Shown piece by piece: positions 19,727-28,459 of a stretch of DNA of 64,000 nucleotides. Source of the stretch: Verrucomicrobiota bacterium (lineage in GTDB: Bacteria; Verrucomicrobiota; Verrucomicrobiia; Chthoniobacterales; JAFAMB01); contig JBEEIB010000301.1 in NCBI GenBank assembly GCA_041167675.1, forward strand, positions 20,287-84,286, in the 5' to 3' direction. The notes beneath the pieces were generated by a model. That model was not told the origin of the DNA and did no database searches. It saw nothing but the letters and a program-made list of their open reading frames with translations. Every line of letters begins with the position of its first letter. Within the stretch, counting starts at the first letter, position 1. The translations under genes and the position numbers were made by a program.

Positions 19727-21184
19727 CTAAGCCTCCGCCATTGCCGTATCGGCTGGGGCGACATCGCGACCTCGGCTCTTGGGAACCAACAGCAATAGCA
19801 GCGATGCGGCAGCAAGAAGGACCAGGTTAATTAAACTTGAGGTCACGAAGCCATGTGCGTAGTCCGCTGCCGTGGCATGAGAAGGAATTGCGGAGAAGAC
19901 GATAGCGCCAATTACCGCAATACCGGCAGAATTAGCCACCTGTTGGGCCATTGATGCAACGCCGGCAGCGGAACCGGCGTCTCGCGCGGGTACCCCGCTA
20001 AGCACCGTATTGTAAAGCGGAGCAGTAACCAGACCCCGGCCAACTCCGTAGATGAAGCAGGTGAAAACAAAAGGCAGAGAGGCCTGGCCGTGGCTTGCGT
20101 TGGCCTGAATTGACATGCAAACGAGCGAGATCGCCAAAACTCCTGCGCCAAGATGCAGCGAATTCCGTCCGAGGAGACCGTTGAGCTTTCCAGAAAACGA
20201 AGATCCCACCAGGAATCCGAACGAGAATGGAGCGAGCAAGAGTCCGGCGTGAAATGGATCCAGTCGCAAGCTGAGCTGCAAGAACAGGCTTAGCACCAAT
20301 ATCATCGAAGTGTGGCCGGCGAAGTAAATGCAAGTGACCAGAATTCCGACCATGAATCCTCTGTCCTGGAACAGACGGGGCTCGATCAATGGGGATCCTC
20401 CGTCCAACGAGTAACGGCACTCGAATCGATAGAATGCCAAAAAGAGAGGGATGCTGGCTGCCAGGGCTCCCCATGCCCATTGTGGCCAGCCAGCATCTGT
20501 GCCCTCCATGAAAGGCAGCGAAAACAAAAACAGCGCGATCGTCAGTAATACCGTCCCAATCAAATCGACACCGGGCGGGTTCTTGGCCTTCGATTCGTCC
20601 AAGATGAGAGACGCGGCCAGAATGGTGATTAGCCCAAGAGGAAGATTAATGAGGAAAATTGGTCTCCAACCCAGGTGGAACAGATCAGCTTGGATCAGAA
20701 AACCGCCTAGGATTTGGCCGACAATCGAGCCGAACCCGATCATCGCGCCGTAAATGCTGAAGGCGAGACGCTTCGACGATCCAGTGAAATTAACCTGAAT
20801 GAACGAGAGAGCCTGAGGAAACATGACTGCTGCAGCGCAGCCCTGCAGCAGACGCCAAAATACCAATGTTCCGGCATCGCCAGCCCAGCCACAGAAGGCG
20901 GACGTCGCGGCAAAGCCTGCCATTCCCAAAATGAAAACCTTTTTCCGGCCAAAGATGTCGCCTAGCCGGCCTCCGGTGATGAGACAGACGGCATAGGTCA
21001 GACCGTACCCGGCGACAATCAACTCGGCTTCGCTGAAGCCTGCGTGTAAAGAGTTCTTGATCGACGGGATGCCAATATTGGCAATGAAAAAATCAATGAC
21101 TCCGAGGAAAGGCCCCACTAGCAAGATAAGGAGGGATATCCATTTATTTCGCTCAACCTGACCTGATCCAAGCCGGTTACCCAT
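19727..21184 (-). CDS. MFS DHA2 (EmrB/QacA-like) efflux transporter
   Basis: DFFIANIG.PSI, GGRLGDIFGRKK, RLLQG, GWRPIFLINLP, many TM segments; ATG 21184 preferred over the 21286 ORF start. Confidence 0.92.
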   Translation of the reverse strand: MGNRLGSGQVERNKWISLLILLVGPFLGVIDFFIANIGIPSIKNSLHAGFSEAELIVAGYGLTYAVCLITGGRLGDIFGRKKVFILGMAGFAATSAFCGWAGDAGTLVFWRLLQGCAAAVMFPQALSFIQVNFTGSSKRLAFSIYGAMIGFGSIVGQILGGFLIQADLFHLGWRPIFLINLPLGLITILAASLILDESKAKNPPGVDLIGTVLLTIALFLFSLPFMEGTDAGWPQWAWGALAASIPLFLAFYRFECRYSLDGGSPLIEPRLFQDRGFMVGILVTCIYFAGHTSMILVLSLFLQLSLRLDPFHAGLLLAPFSFGFLVGSSFSGKLNGLLGRNSLHLGAGVLAISLVCMSIQANASHGQASLPFVFTCFIYGVGRGLVTAPLYNTVLSGVPARDAGSAAGVASMAQQVANSAGIAVIGAIVFSAIPSHATAADYAHGFVTSSLINLVLLAAASLLLLLVPKSRGRDVAPADTAMAEA

Positions 21185-21335
21185 TTTAAGGCTGGCCGGT
21201 GGATGCCTGAGAAGCCGGAAATTGGCGTTCTTTTGGTCATTAGGAAAAGGCGTACGGACCAAGAGACGATTCATAGGCTGGGGCAAAGTAATTTGAATAG
21301 ATCAATAAGTGAAATAGCTGGTTGCGCACGCTCCC

Positions 21336-21350
21336 ATCTGAAATATAGAT
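21336..21350. promoter_or_regulatory. LysR-type operator (T-N11-A)
   Basis: ATCT-GAAATAT-AGAT dyad between divergent MFS and LysR genes. Confidence 0.55.
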
Positions 21351-21406
21351 TGATCTGGCTGACCGGCCGCGCAGCCGCGCGTCCGTTTGTGAGCCGCATT
21401 AGGGCG

Positions 21407-21499
21407 GTAGGGATGTGCTCCCGCGAGTCCGTTCCGAACCCGGATCGGCCGGAGCTGGTCCTGACCGAATGCAGAGCGCACGCGCAGGAGCACGTCCCT
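21407..21499. repeat. REP/REPIN-like inverted-repeat element
   Basis: GTAGGGATGTGCTCCCGCGAGT (from 21407) is inverted against ACGCGCAGGAGCACGTCCCT (21480-21499); GTAG end as in RAYT-associated REPs. Confidence 0.55.
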
Positions 21500-21520
21500 T
21501 GAAAGGCACACCAGAACGGA

Positions 21521-22420
21521 GTGACGATGGAGCTACGACACCTACGCTATTTTAAGACCGTCGCGGAAGAACTGAGTTTTACCCGAGCCTCGGCATTGCT
21601 CCACGTAGCTCAATCCGCGGTGAGCGCGCAAATTCGGGATCTGGAAACCGAACTCGGCATCGCGTTATTCGAGCGCAACAGTCGTCAGGTTCAACTCACC
21701 GCAGCCGGTAAAATCTTCTTGAGCGGAACTGATCAAATTTTTCGCACTTTGGAAGATACCGGACGAAAACTCCGCCGGATTGGTCGAGGGGATGCTGCCT
21801 CCCTCGCTATCGGCTTCATCGGCGCTCAGAGCCACGAGTGGATGCCGCAAGTGCTGAAGCGATTCCGAGCGGAGCACCCTGGTGTCGAAGTCACGTTAGC
21901 GGAGATGGTACCTTCTCAGCAAATGGAGGCGCTCCTCGCCCGAAGTCTGGATATTGGTCTAGTTGGCCCGATCGACGGAAAACCGCCGCCTGGCCTTCGA
22001 CTGGAATGTATCACCGAAGAAGATCCGATGGTTGGAGTTCCGAACGATCACCCCATCGCAAAGCTGGACTGGGTCTCTCTCGCGCAGCTTCGGGATGAGC
22101 CATTTATCTTTACGTCCAGCAAGAATTCTCCGAATTACCGAGCTTGGTTGTCCCGGTTGTTTAATCGGGCAGGTTTCACACCCAGAGTTGTGCAGGAGGT
22201 AGATCGGGCGCGCACCGGTGTCCAATATGTTGCCGCGGGATTCGGTATCTCCATTTTTGCAGAACATATCAGCCGGCTGCCTGCGCCGGGTGTCAGCTTC
22301 GTTCGGCTCAGGCCAGTTGGCCCCAAAATCCGATATGGAATTGCTTGGCGGAGAGGGCCGGTAACCGAAGTAGTTACCCGCTTTATCGAGTATTCGAAGG
22401 ATCAGTATCGAAAGAAATAA
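21521..22420 (+). CDS. LysR-family transcriptional regulator
   Basis: MELRHLRYF..VAEELSFTRA..LHVAQSAVSAQIRDLE.ELG..LFER. Confidence 0.96.
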   Translation: MTMELRHLRYFKTVAEELSFTRASALLHVAQSAVSAQIRDLETELGIALFERNSRQVQLTAAGKIFLSGTDQIFRTLEDTGRKLRRIGRGDAASLAIGFIGAQSHEWMPQVLKRFRAEHPGVEVTLAEMVPSQQMEALLARSLDIGLVGPIDGKPPPGLRLECITEEDPMVGVPNDHPIAKLDWVSLAQLRDEPFIFTSSKNSPNYRAWLSRLFNRAGFTPRVVQEVDRARTGVQYVAAGFGISIFAEHISRLPAPGVSFVRLRPVGPKIRYGIAWRRGPVTEVVTRFIEYSKDQYRKK

Positions 22421-22452
22421 CGCTGACACGGTAACGCCGGTAATGCCGGGAA

Positions 22453-22488
22453 TGGATCTGGCGCCTCGATTGTGGTGCGTTAGCAACT
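22453..22488 (+). repeat. Left arm of a 36-bp inverted repeat (partner 23467-23502)
   Basis: TGGATCTGGCGCCTCGATTGTGGTGCGTTAGCAACT; 35/36 identical to the reverse complement of 23467-23502. Confidence 0.9.
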
Positions 22489-22630
22489 CTTGCCTGACTC
22501 CGTTAATTAATACCGGCTATTGGTATTACCGATTACCGATAGGTAATGACCGATACCCTCCCGCGCGGAAATCCGTTCGCGGCGTTCTCGGCGCTATCGG
22601 CGCTACCGTGCGTTGTCGGCGTTCCTCTAC

Positions 22631-22803
22631 TTAAGCGATCACTCCGGCTTCCTTAAAGCTGAAATAGCCGGTACTGCCGTTGTGCGGTGTGCCGATAATC
22701 ACATGATCGTGCAGCGTGATTGGCAAGATTCTCGAAGCTTCGGCGACGCGTCGGGTTAATCTGCCGTCTGCTTCACTCGGTGAGGGATCGCCCGACGGAT
22801 GGT
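22631..22803 (-). pseudogene. Duplicated 3' fragment of radC (direct repeat of 23550-23722)
   Basis: Near-identical 173-bp copy at a 919-bp offset, encoding [18 protein letters not shown]...HDHVIIG...[11 protein letters not shown]-stop; weaker similarity continues about 40 bp past the stop. Confidence 0.95.
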
Positions 22804-22944
22804 ATGTGGACTGAATAGTTATGTGGGCGCCGCAGCTGTGATGCGCGCCTAGTCAGCCTGGGCAAGGTCCCAACGAATCAGCTGCTAAACATAACTGCGG
22901 CTTCGACAACCAGGAAAGGCCGCTCCTTTCGAACGACACCTCCG

Positions 22945-23382
22945 TCAAGCCTGGCAGCTTGACTCAGAATCTACGTCTGGAGGAAATGGCCACATGATTC
23001 GAAACTCACCGGAAATAATCTGGATGCCCCGCCAGATGAGTTTGCCGGCAAAGTTTGTCTCGGGTGGCTTTTTATTGGGCGCAGCTTGCAGGCGGAGCGT
23101 TCCGAACGCGAACAGGCAGTCTCCTCGAATCACGCAGCCTGTTAGATCGCCTGATGCAATCTGGAGAGCATCCCGACAAAAGTTTGCAACGCCGCGTAGT
23201 CCAACAAATCCTTGAAAGTACTTCGCTGAAGGTGAGGAATCAGACAAAGTCTGTTGCTGCGAGCTACCAGAAACAAGGGCCCATCTTGCTTGGTCGTCAA
23301 CGACACTTGCAAGGGAAGCGGCGACGTGTCCGGTGTAAAGAGCCTCGCAAATAATTTCGGCGATTTCAGAGCGTTCCATCAT
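22945..23382 (-). CDS. Hypothetical protein, possible SnoaL/NTF2-like fold
   Basis: 145-aa ORF; N-terminal helices, DDQARW, G..G...F, GDCLFAFG.LRL pattern typical of NTF2-like proteins. Confidence 0.5.
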   Translation of the reverse strand: MMERSEIAEIICEALYTGHVAASLASVVDDQARWALVSGSSQQQTLSDSSPSAKYFQGFVGLRGVANFCRDALQIASGDLTGCVIRGDCLFAFGTLRLQAAPNKKPPETNFAGKLIWRGIQIISGEFRIMWPFPPDVDSESSCQA

Positions 23383-23466
23383 ACTTCTAGGTCTGGTCCC
23401 CTCTTATCGGCACTGAGGTTTCCGGCTTAAACAGGTATGTTATCGGCAACAGCGACAATTTAAAGC

Positions 23467-23502
23467 AGTTGCTAACGCACTACAATCGAGGCGCCAGATC
23501 CA
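23467..23502 (-). repeat. Right arm of the 36-bp inverted repeat (partner 22453-22488)
   Basis: AGTTGCTAACGCACTACAATCGAGGCGCCAGATCCA. Confidence 0.9.
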
Positions 23503-23549
23503 GTTTCCGGCGTTATCGGCGCTCCCGTGCGTTTCCGGCGTTCCTGTCC

Positions 23550-24248
23550 TCAAGCGATTACGCCGGCTTCCTTAAAGCTGAAATAGCCGGTACTACCGTT
23601 GTGCGGTGTGCCGATAATCACATGATCGTGCAGCGTGATTTGCAAGATTCTCGAAGCTTCGGCGACGCGTCGGGTTAATCTGCCGTCTGCTTCACTCGGT
23701 GAGGGATCGCCCGACGGATGGTTATGAACGAGAATAAACGAGAATGCGGAATGCGTGATTGCGGCTTTAAAAATTTCTCGAGGATGAGCCAGACTTTCGT
23801 TGAGAGTTCCAAGGGAGATCTCTGGCACGGCGATGAGTCGCTGTTTGGCATCGAGTAGCACGGCTCGAAGGGATTCGCGGTCCAACAGACGCATCTCGGG
23901 GCCCAGCAGATCGTAAATTGTCTGCGGGTTATCGATCGGCTCGTTCCTGATCCGCTCTGCCGCAAGGCGGGCTCCGACCGCGAAGGATGCCGCCAGCTGG
24001 AGTCCTTTGGCTGAGCCGATACCTTTTACCTTCGCTAATTCCAAGACGGAAGTTCGAGCGAGACCGGCAAACGATCCGAATCGTTGCAAGAGCTCTTCGG
24101 CCAACGCGATGACGTTGGTACCGCGAGTCCCCGTCCTCAGCAGAATGGCGATTAGTTCAGCGTCACTCAGCGCAGAAACACCGCGCGATAATAGCTTTTC
24201 TCGCGGTCGCTCCTGTAAAGGTAGCTCATGAATGGTGCAGTCAATCAC
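23550..24248 (-). CDS. radC: RadC family JAB/MPN-domain protein
   Basis: ERPREKL, LSDAELIAILLRTG, Hh[31 protein letters not shown]; GTG 24248 likely start. Confidence 0.95.
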   Translation of the reverse strand: MIDCTIHELPLQERPREKLLSRGVSALSDAELIAILLRTGTRGTNVIALAEELLQRFGSFAGLARTSVLELAKVKGIGSAKGLQLAASFAVGARLAAERIRNEPIDNPQTIYDLLGPEMRLLDRESLRAVLLDAKQRLIAVPEISLGTLNESLAHPREIFKAAITHSAFSFILVHNHPSGDPSPSEADGRLTRRVAEASRILQITLHDHVIIGTPHNGSTGYFSFKEAGVIA

Positions 24249-24391
24249 TGAGAAACATATAATTAAAGAGTTGTAATAACTGCAAGCTCGTTTTTGAGTC
24301 AAATAAGGGACCGAAACTAAAACCCTTTGGGTCGGTATCTCTCAATTTTGAGCAAGCAAACCGAGCATTCTGCGCCTACAATGCCAACCAC

Positions 24392-24724
24392 ATGAAAAAA
24401 CTATTGCTCAGTTTGTTATCAATTGGGGCGCTCGTTGGTAGCGCAAATGCAATGGCGCCCTTAGGGCCGTCTATGATCAATCATTATCGGCAAGGTGACC
24501 AGCGCACCATAGTCGTTCCGGCCTCCGACGGGATCTATAATAATGCGTTTCTTGGACCGTTACACCGAAAGAGCAGCTTTGTGTTCCTTGGACCATTGCA
24601 TCGCGGGACTAGCTTCGCGTTCCTAGGACCGTTACACCGAAAGAACAGCTTTGTGTTCCTTGGACCATTGCATCGCGGCGGTCGCTTCGCCTTTATTGGA
24701 CCGCTCCATCCTGAGAAAGCCTAG
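24392..24724 (+). CDS. Small secreted protein with five tandem 12-aa F[LI]GPLH[RP] repeats
   Basis: Sec signal MKKLLLSLLSIGALVGSANA (AxA site); repeat units differ mostly at synonymous positions, supporting this frame. Confidence 0.8.
   Translation: MKKLLLSLLSIGALVGSANAMAPLGPSMINHYRQGDQRTIVVPASDGIYNNAFLGPLHRKSSFVFLGPLHRGTSFAFLGPLHRKNSFVFLGPLHRGGRFAFIGPLHPEKA
24545..24724 (+). repeat. 36-bp tandem repeat x5 in an A-B-A-B-C arrangement (72-bp higher-order unit)
   Basis: Units start at 24545, 24581, 24617, 24653, 24689. Confidence 0.92.
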
Positions 24725-24744
24725 TTTAAAATTCGTAGCCGCGA

Positions 24745-24778
24745 GATCCTGGCCGAAAGAAAACTTCGCGCCGGGATC
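24745..24778. terminator. Hairpin between convergent genes, possible bidirectional terminator
   Basis: GATCCTGGC-CGAA...TTCG-C-GCCGGGATC; no clear U-tract. Confidence 0.4.
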
Positions 24779-25277
24779 AAGGTGCAATGAAGGTCGCGTG
24801 ATCAGCCACGACTTTCCAGCCATCCGGGAACTTCCGGAAAATTGCCGTATCGGTTGAGTACGAATTCCGGTTACCGGTTCGAACAGTCCACCAACTGAGC
24901 GCGAGAGCCAGATCTGGACCGAGGCTTTGAATTTTGACTCGCTCGATCGAACAAACGGCCATGTCTCGACGATCAGGATAACTTCGCTGATATGTCGCCA
25001 GAAGATTGTTCCAACCGATGACTTGTTCCCCATCCGACACAATCAATAAATTGTCTGACTTCCAGAAACACTCCATGTAATGCTCAATATCGCGAGCGTT
25101 CCACAGCGCTAGCATTTGGTTCATCACACCGTAAATTGCATGGTCGTCCGCATTCGCGGGAGTTGATGGCACTGAGGGTTTGTTGGAATCGAAGGTCCAA
25201 TCGCCGTATGACTGGCCATCCTCGGCAATCAAGGCCTGCGACAACGAGACCAGAAAGATGGCAATAAGAATTCGCAT
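24777..25277 (-). CDS. Secreted NTF2-like protein (DUF4440/YybH family)
   Basis: Signal peptide; WNARDIEHYM..FWKSD.L, GW..LL..Y.RSYP....M, TAIFRKFPDGWKVVADH. Confidence 0.85.
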   Translation of the reverse strand: MRILIAIFLVSLSQALIAEDGQSYGDWTFDSNKPSVPSTPANADDHAIYGVMNQMLALWNARDIEHYMECFWKSDNLLIVSDGEQVIGWNNLLATYQRSYPDRRDMAVCSIERVKIQSLGPDLALALSWWTVRTGNRNSYSTDTAIFRKFPDGWKVVADHATFIAP

Positions 25278-25535
25278 TACGGTTGGTTAAGGCCCGGGCG
25301 ATTTCTGACCCGGCCCACTGAGGGTAGCAGGCCGAAAAAGCAGAAGGCTATCTAATACGTAAAGTTTTTTAATCAAGGAGTATGTAAAGTTTTTCAGGAT
25401 CAAGGAGTTGCAGTATCGAAAAAGCGATGATTCTGAGGTCCAGCGATCGGCTCCTCCTCATCGCAGCACTACTCCATCGACTCGATCGCTCCGCGAACGA
25501 GGACGACCGTTCGATGCCCTCGCACCCGGGTTGAG

Positions 25536-26972
25536 TTAGCCCAGTAGTCCGAGACCGAGCTGAGGGAATATGCCGAAGAGGAAAATCAGAAGCACCAGCG
25601 CTGAGATGGTTACGGTTGAGAGCCGGCTCACCGGAATTACCGAGTTATTGCCGACAGCGGTTTGCCAGTACATGGCTCTGACCACTTTGAGATAATAGTA
25701 GAACCCGCAACCTACTGTGACGACGCCTAATACCAGGAGCAGGAATTGCTGTGATTGGTAAGCGACTTTGAACACCAGGAATTTGCCTAAAAACCCAGCG
25801 GTCAGCGGTACACCGGAGAGTGACATCATCGCGACGAGCAGACCAAAAGCAAGAAAAGGAGAGCGTTTTCCGAGACCATTGAAATGCGCAATGTCGTCAC
25901 CTTCGGAATGCTTCGCCACGATGATCAAAATAAGAAAGGAAAGCAGAGTCATCAATAGATAGGCCGCCAGATAGACGACCACCGCCAAGCCGGCATCAAA
26001 CGCCCCTACGCTGGCTACGGCCATAAGCAAGTAACCGGCGTGCCCAATACTCGAGTAACCAAGAAGCCGCTTAAAATTGGTTTGCGGGAGAGCCGCAAGA
26101 TTGCCGTAAATCAATGTCGCGGCGGCTAAGACAACCATGGCCAAAATCAACTTGTCCCCGATCGCCGGTAGACGCTGGAAGGTTTCGACGACACGTAAAA
26201 GAACGATGAATCCGACCGCCTTCGACCCCACTGATAGAAACGCAGTGATCGGAGTCGGCGCCCCTTGATAAACATCCGGAACCCAAAACTGAAATGGCGC
26301 GGCCGCCACTTTGAATCCTAGACCGACCAGGACCAACATCAAACCAAACAACAAACCGTGCAGGTTACCGACCGGAATTGAGCCGAGCGCCTGACCGATG
26401 TCTGCCAAGTTGGTGTGGCGCGTAATTCCATAGATCCAGGTAACGCCGTACACAAAAAAGCCGGTCGACAACGCACCGAGAATCAAATATTTCGCACCTG
26501 CTTCCAGCGAAGCGGCATTCTTCCGCGTGAAAGCGACGAGTGTGTAGAAAGAGACGGTGACCAATTCCAAGGATACAAAGATCAAGATGAAATCGGTGGC
26601 GGAAGCCATCCACATCATTCCTGCGCAAGTGAGTATCGGTATCGAATAGAATTCTCCCAAGCCAGCGTCAGGTGATGTCCCATGAACATAGGCGCGGATG
26701 GTGTCCGCATAGTCGAGCGACATTACTAAGATAACGATCGTGGTCAGGACCACGAATTTCTTAAAGAATAGAGCCGCTGCATCCTGGGTATAACCAGCTA
26801 CCCCGCTGTGGCTTGAAACCGAACCAAACTGCAAAAGCAAAAACACCGCGGCCAACCCGATGATGCCCAACCAAGCGATCAGGTTGCGACTTTGTTTTTC
26901 CGCGAATGCCTCAAACAGGAGAAGGCACAATCCCAACCCGAGAACCAACAGCTCTAGAATAATGGGCGACAT
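25536..26972 (-). CDS. nuoN: NADH-quinone oxidoreductase subunit N
   Basis: GEFY, LEL, EAGAKY.ILGA, FKVAAAPFQFWVPDVYQGAPTP, KRLLGYSSIGH, GFLGKF. Confidence 0.96.
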   Translation of the reverse strand: MSPIILELLVLGLGLCLLLFEAFAEKQSRNLIAWLGIIGLAAVFLLLQFGSVSSHSGVAGYTQDAAALFFKKFVVLTTIVILVMSLDYADTIRAYVHGTSPDAGLGEFYSIPILTCAGMMWMASATDFILIFVSLELVTVSFYTLVAFTRKNAASLEAGAKYLILGALSTGFFVYGVTWIYGITRHTNLADIGQALGSIPVGNLHGLLFGLMLVLVGLGFKVAAAPFQFWVPDVYQGAPTPITAFLSVGSKAVGFIVLLRVVETFQRLPAIGDKLILAMVVLAAATLIYGNLAALPQTNFKRLLGYSSIGHAGYLLMAVASVGAFDAGLAVVVYLAAYLLMTLLSFLILIIVAKHSEGDDIAHFNGLGKRSPFLAFGLLVAMMSLSGVPLTAGFLGKFLVFKVAYQSQQFLLLVLGVVTVGCGFYYYLKVVRAMYWQTAVGNNSVIPVSRLSTVTISALVLLIFLFGIFPQLGLGLLG

Positions 26973-26977
26973 AAAGG

Positions 26978-28459
26978 CTATTTGAGAAAGAGGCGAAATC
27001 CCGGTTCAACCACCTGAAGGATTATCTGGGGGGCGAACCCAAAAAACAGAAGCGCAGCGACTAACAGCACCACCGGCCAGCCAACCGATAGACTGACGTC
27101 TTGTACGCCGCTCCAACGCTGGGAACGTTCGCCGAAGAATATTCCACGATAAGCCCGGAGCATATAAACCGCGGAGATGACAAGGCCCCACAATCCGCCA
27201 ACCGCCGCCCATTGAAAGCCGTTGAATGGCGAACCGGGAGTCGCGGTCTTAAAGGCGCCGAAAAAGATCAAGAGTTCGGAAGCGAAGTTGGCGAAGCCTG
27301 GCAATCCGATCGAAGCAAAGGTCGCCAGGCCGAAAAGAAAACTCAGCAACGGCATCGACTTCGCTAGGCCGCCCAGATCGCGGTAATCCAGTGTTCCGGT
27401 TTGTTTCCGCAGCTCACCGCTAATGGCGAATAGCGCGGCGATCGACAGTCCGTGCGCCAACATGAGCAAGGCGGCACCATCGACTCCGATCAAATTTGCG
27501 CTTACCACCCCAAGAAAGATATAGCCCATGTGCATCACGCTGGAGTAGCCCAGCGTGAGGTCGAGTTGCTTCTGCGCGATAGTTACGAGACCGACGAAAA
27601 TAATGTTTCCTATCAGCAACAGAAGAATCAGCCAGGTCCAGTGCCGAGCTGCCTCTGGCATTAGCGGGAATGCGATCTGCAACAATCCATATAACCCAAA
27701 CTTTTTGAGCACGCCGGCATGAAGCATCGAGACTGGAACCGGGGCCGAAGCATATGCTTGTGGTGCCCAGGTATGAAAAGGGAATAGGGAGACCAGCGTG
27801 CCAAAGCCGATGAGCAAAAGCAGAAATATCGAATTGGCTCCAGATCCGGCGAAAACACCCGAAGCGGCCATGGCCTGCAACCGCGGAATATCAAAGGTGC
27901 GCTGCTGATCTGGAACCAGCAGATAGAGACCGATCAATCCGACCAAAAGGATAATGCTACCGATAGAAAGATAGATTGTGATTTTCCAGGCAGCAGTTTG
28001 GCGATTGCCGGTTCCCCAAATTCCAATCATCAAGAACGTCGGAATTAGTGCAAGTTCGTGAAACGCGTAGAAAAAGAAAAGATCAAGCGAGGCAAATGCC
28101 CCTGCGGCAGCAGCCGCGATGAACATAATGCAAGCCATATAACGGTGAGAGTAATCCTCGACCGTTGGTGATACCCACGTCGCGGCCAGCGCCACCAGCG
28201 ACGTAAGCAAAAGCATCGTCGCGTTCAAGCCATTGACGCCGACGACAAATTTAAGATCCCAAGGGACGACTAAGGGAAATCCAGAGACAAATTGATATCC
28301 ACCTGCGTGGTGATCGTATCCGAGGAAAACGATGAGCGCTGAGACCAGAGCCACGATGGTGCCGGTGATGGCAGTTCTGCGAGCGGGCAGCCCGGCCAGA
28401 ATCGCGAGTCCGGCGACCAATGGCGCGAGATAGGTGAGGTGAACCAGCAGCGTAATCAT
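26978..28459 (-). CDS. nuoM: NADH-quinone oxidoreductase subunit M
   Basis: DLFFFYAFHELALIP, FPFHTWAP, YSSVMHMG, AHGL, GLPGFANF..E; ATG 28459 overlaps the nuoL stop. Confidence 0.95.
   Translation of the reverse strand: MITLLVHLTYLAPLVAGLAILAGLPARRTAITGTIVALVSALIVFLGYDHHAGGYQFVSGFPLVVPWDLKFVVGVNGLNATMLLLTSLVALAATWVSPTVEDYSHRYMACIMFIAAAAAGAFASLDLFFFYAFHELALIPTFLMIGIWGTGNRQTAAWKITIYLSIGSIILLVGLIGLYLLVPDQQRTFDIPRLQAMAASGVFAGSGANSIFLLLLIGFGTLVSLFPFHTWAPQAYASAPVPVSMLHAGVLKKFGLYGLLQIAFPLMPEAARHWTWLILLLLIGNIIFVGLVTIAQKQLDLTLGYSSVMHMGYIFLGVVSANLIGVDGAALLMLAHGLSIAALFAISGELRKQTGTLDYRDLGGLAKSMPLLSFLFGLATFASIGLPGFANFASELLIFFGAFKTATPGSPFNGFQWAAVGGLWGLVISAVYMLRAYRGIFFGERSQRWSGVQDVSLSVGWPVVLLVAALLFFGFAPQIILQVVEPGFRLFLK

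Noticed and set aside
22479-23476. GTTAGCAAC/GTTGCTAAC as integron attC core sites
   Set aside because: They do not fit the GTTRRRY/RYYYAAC cassette geometry, and there is no integrase or cassette array
24545-24724. 36-bp periodic array as a CRISPR array
   Set aside because: Units are contiguous with no unique spacers, vary at synonymous codon positions inside an ORF, and no cas genes are present
23550-24724. RadC JAB domain as the protease for the divergent repeat peptide
   Set aside because: RadC is cytoplasmic and widespread while the peptide has a Sec signal; adjacency is the only support
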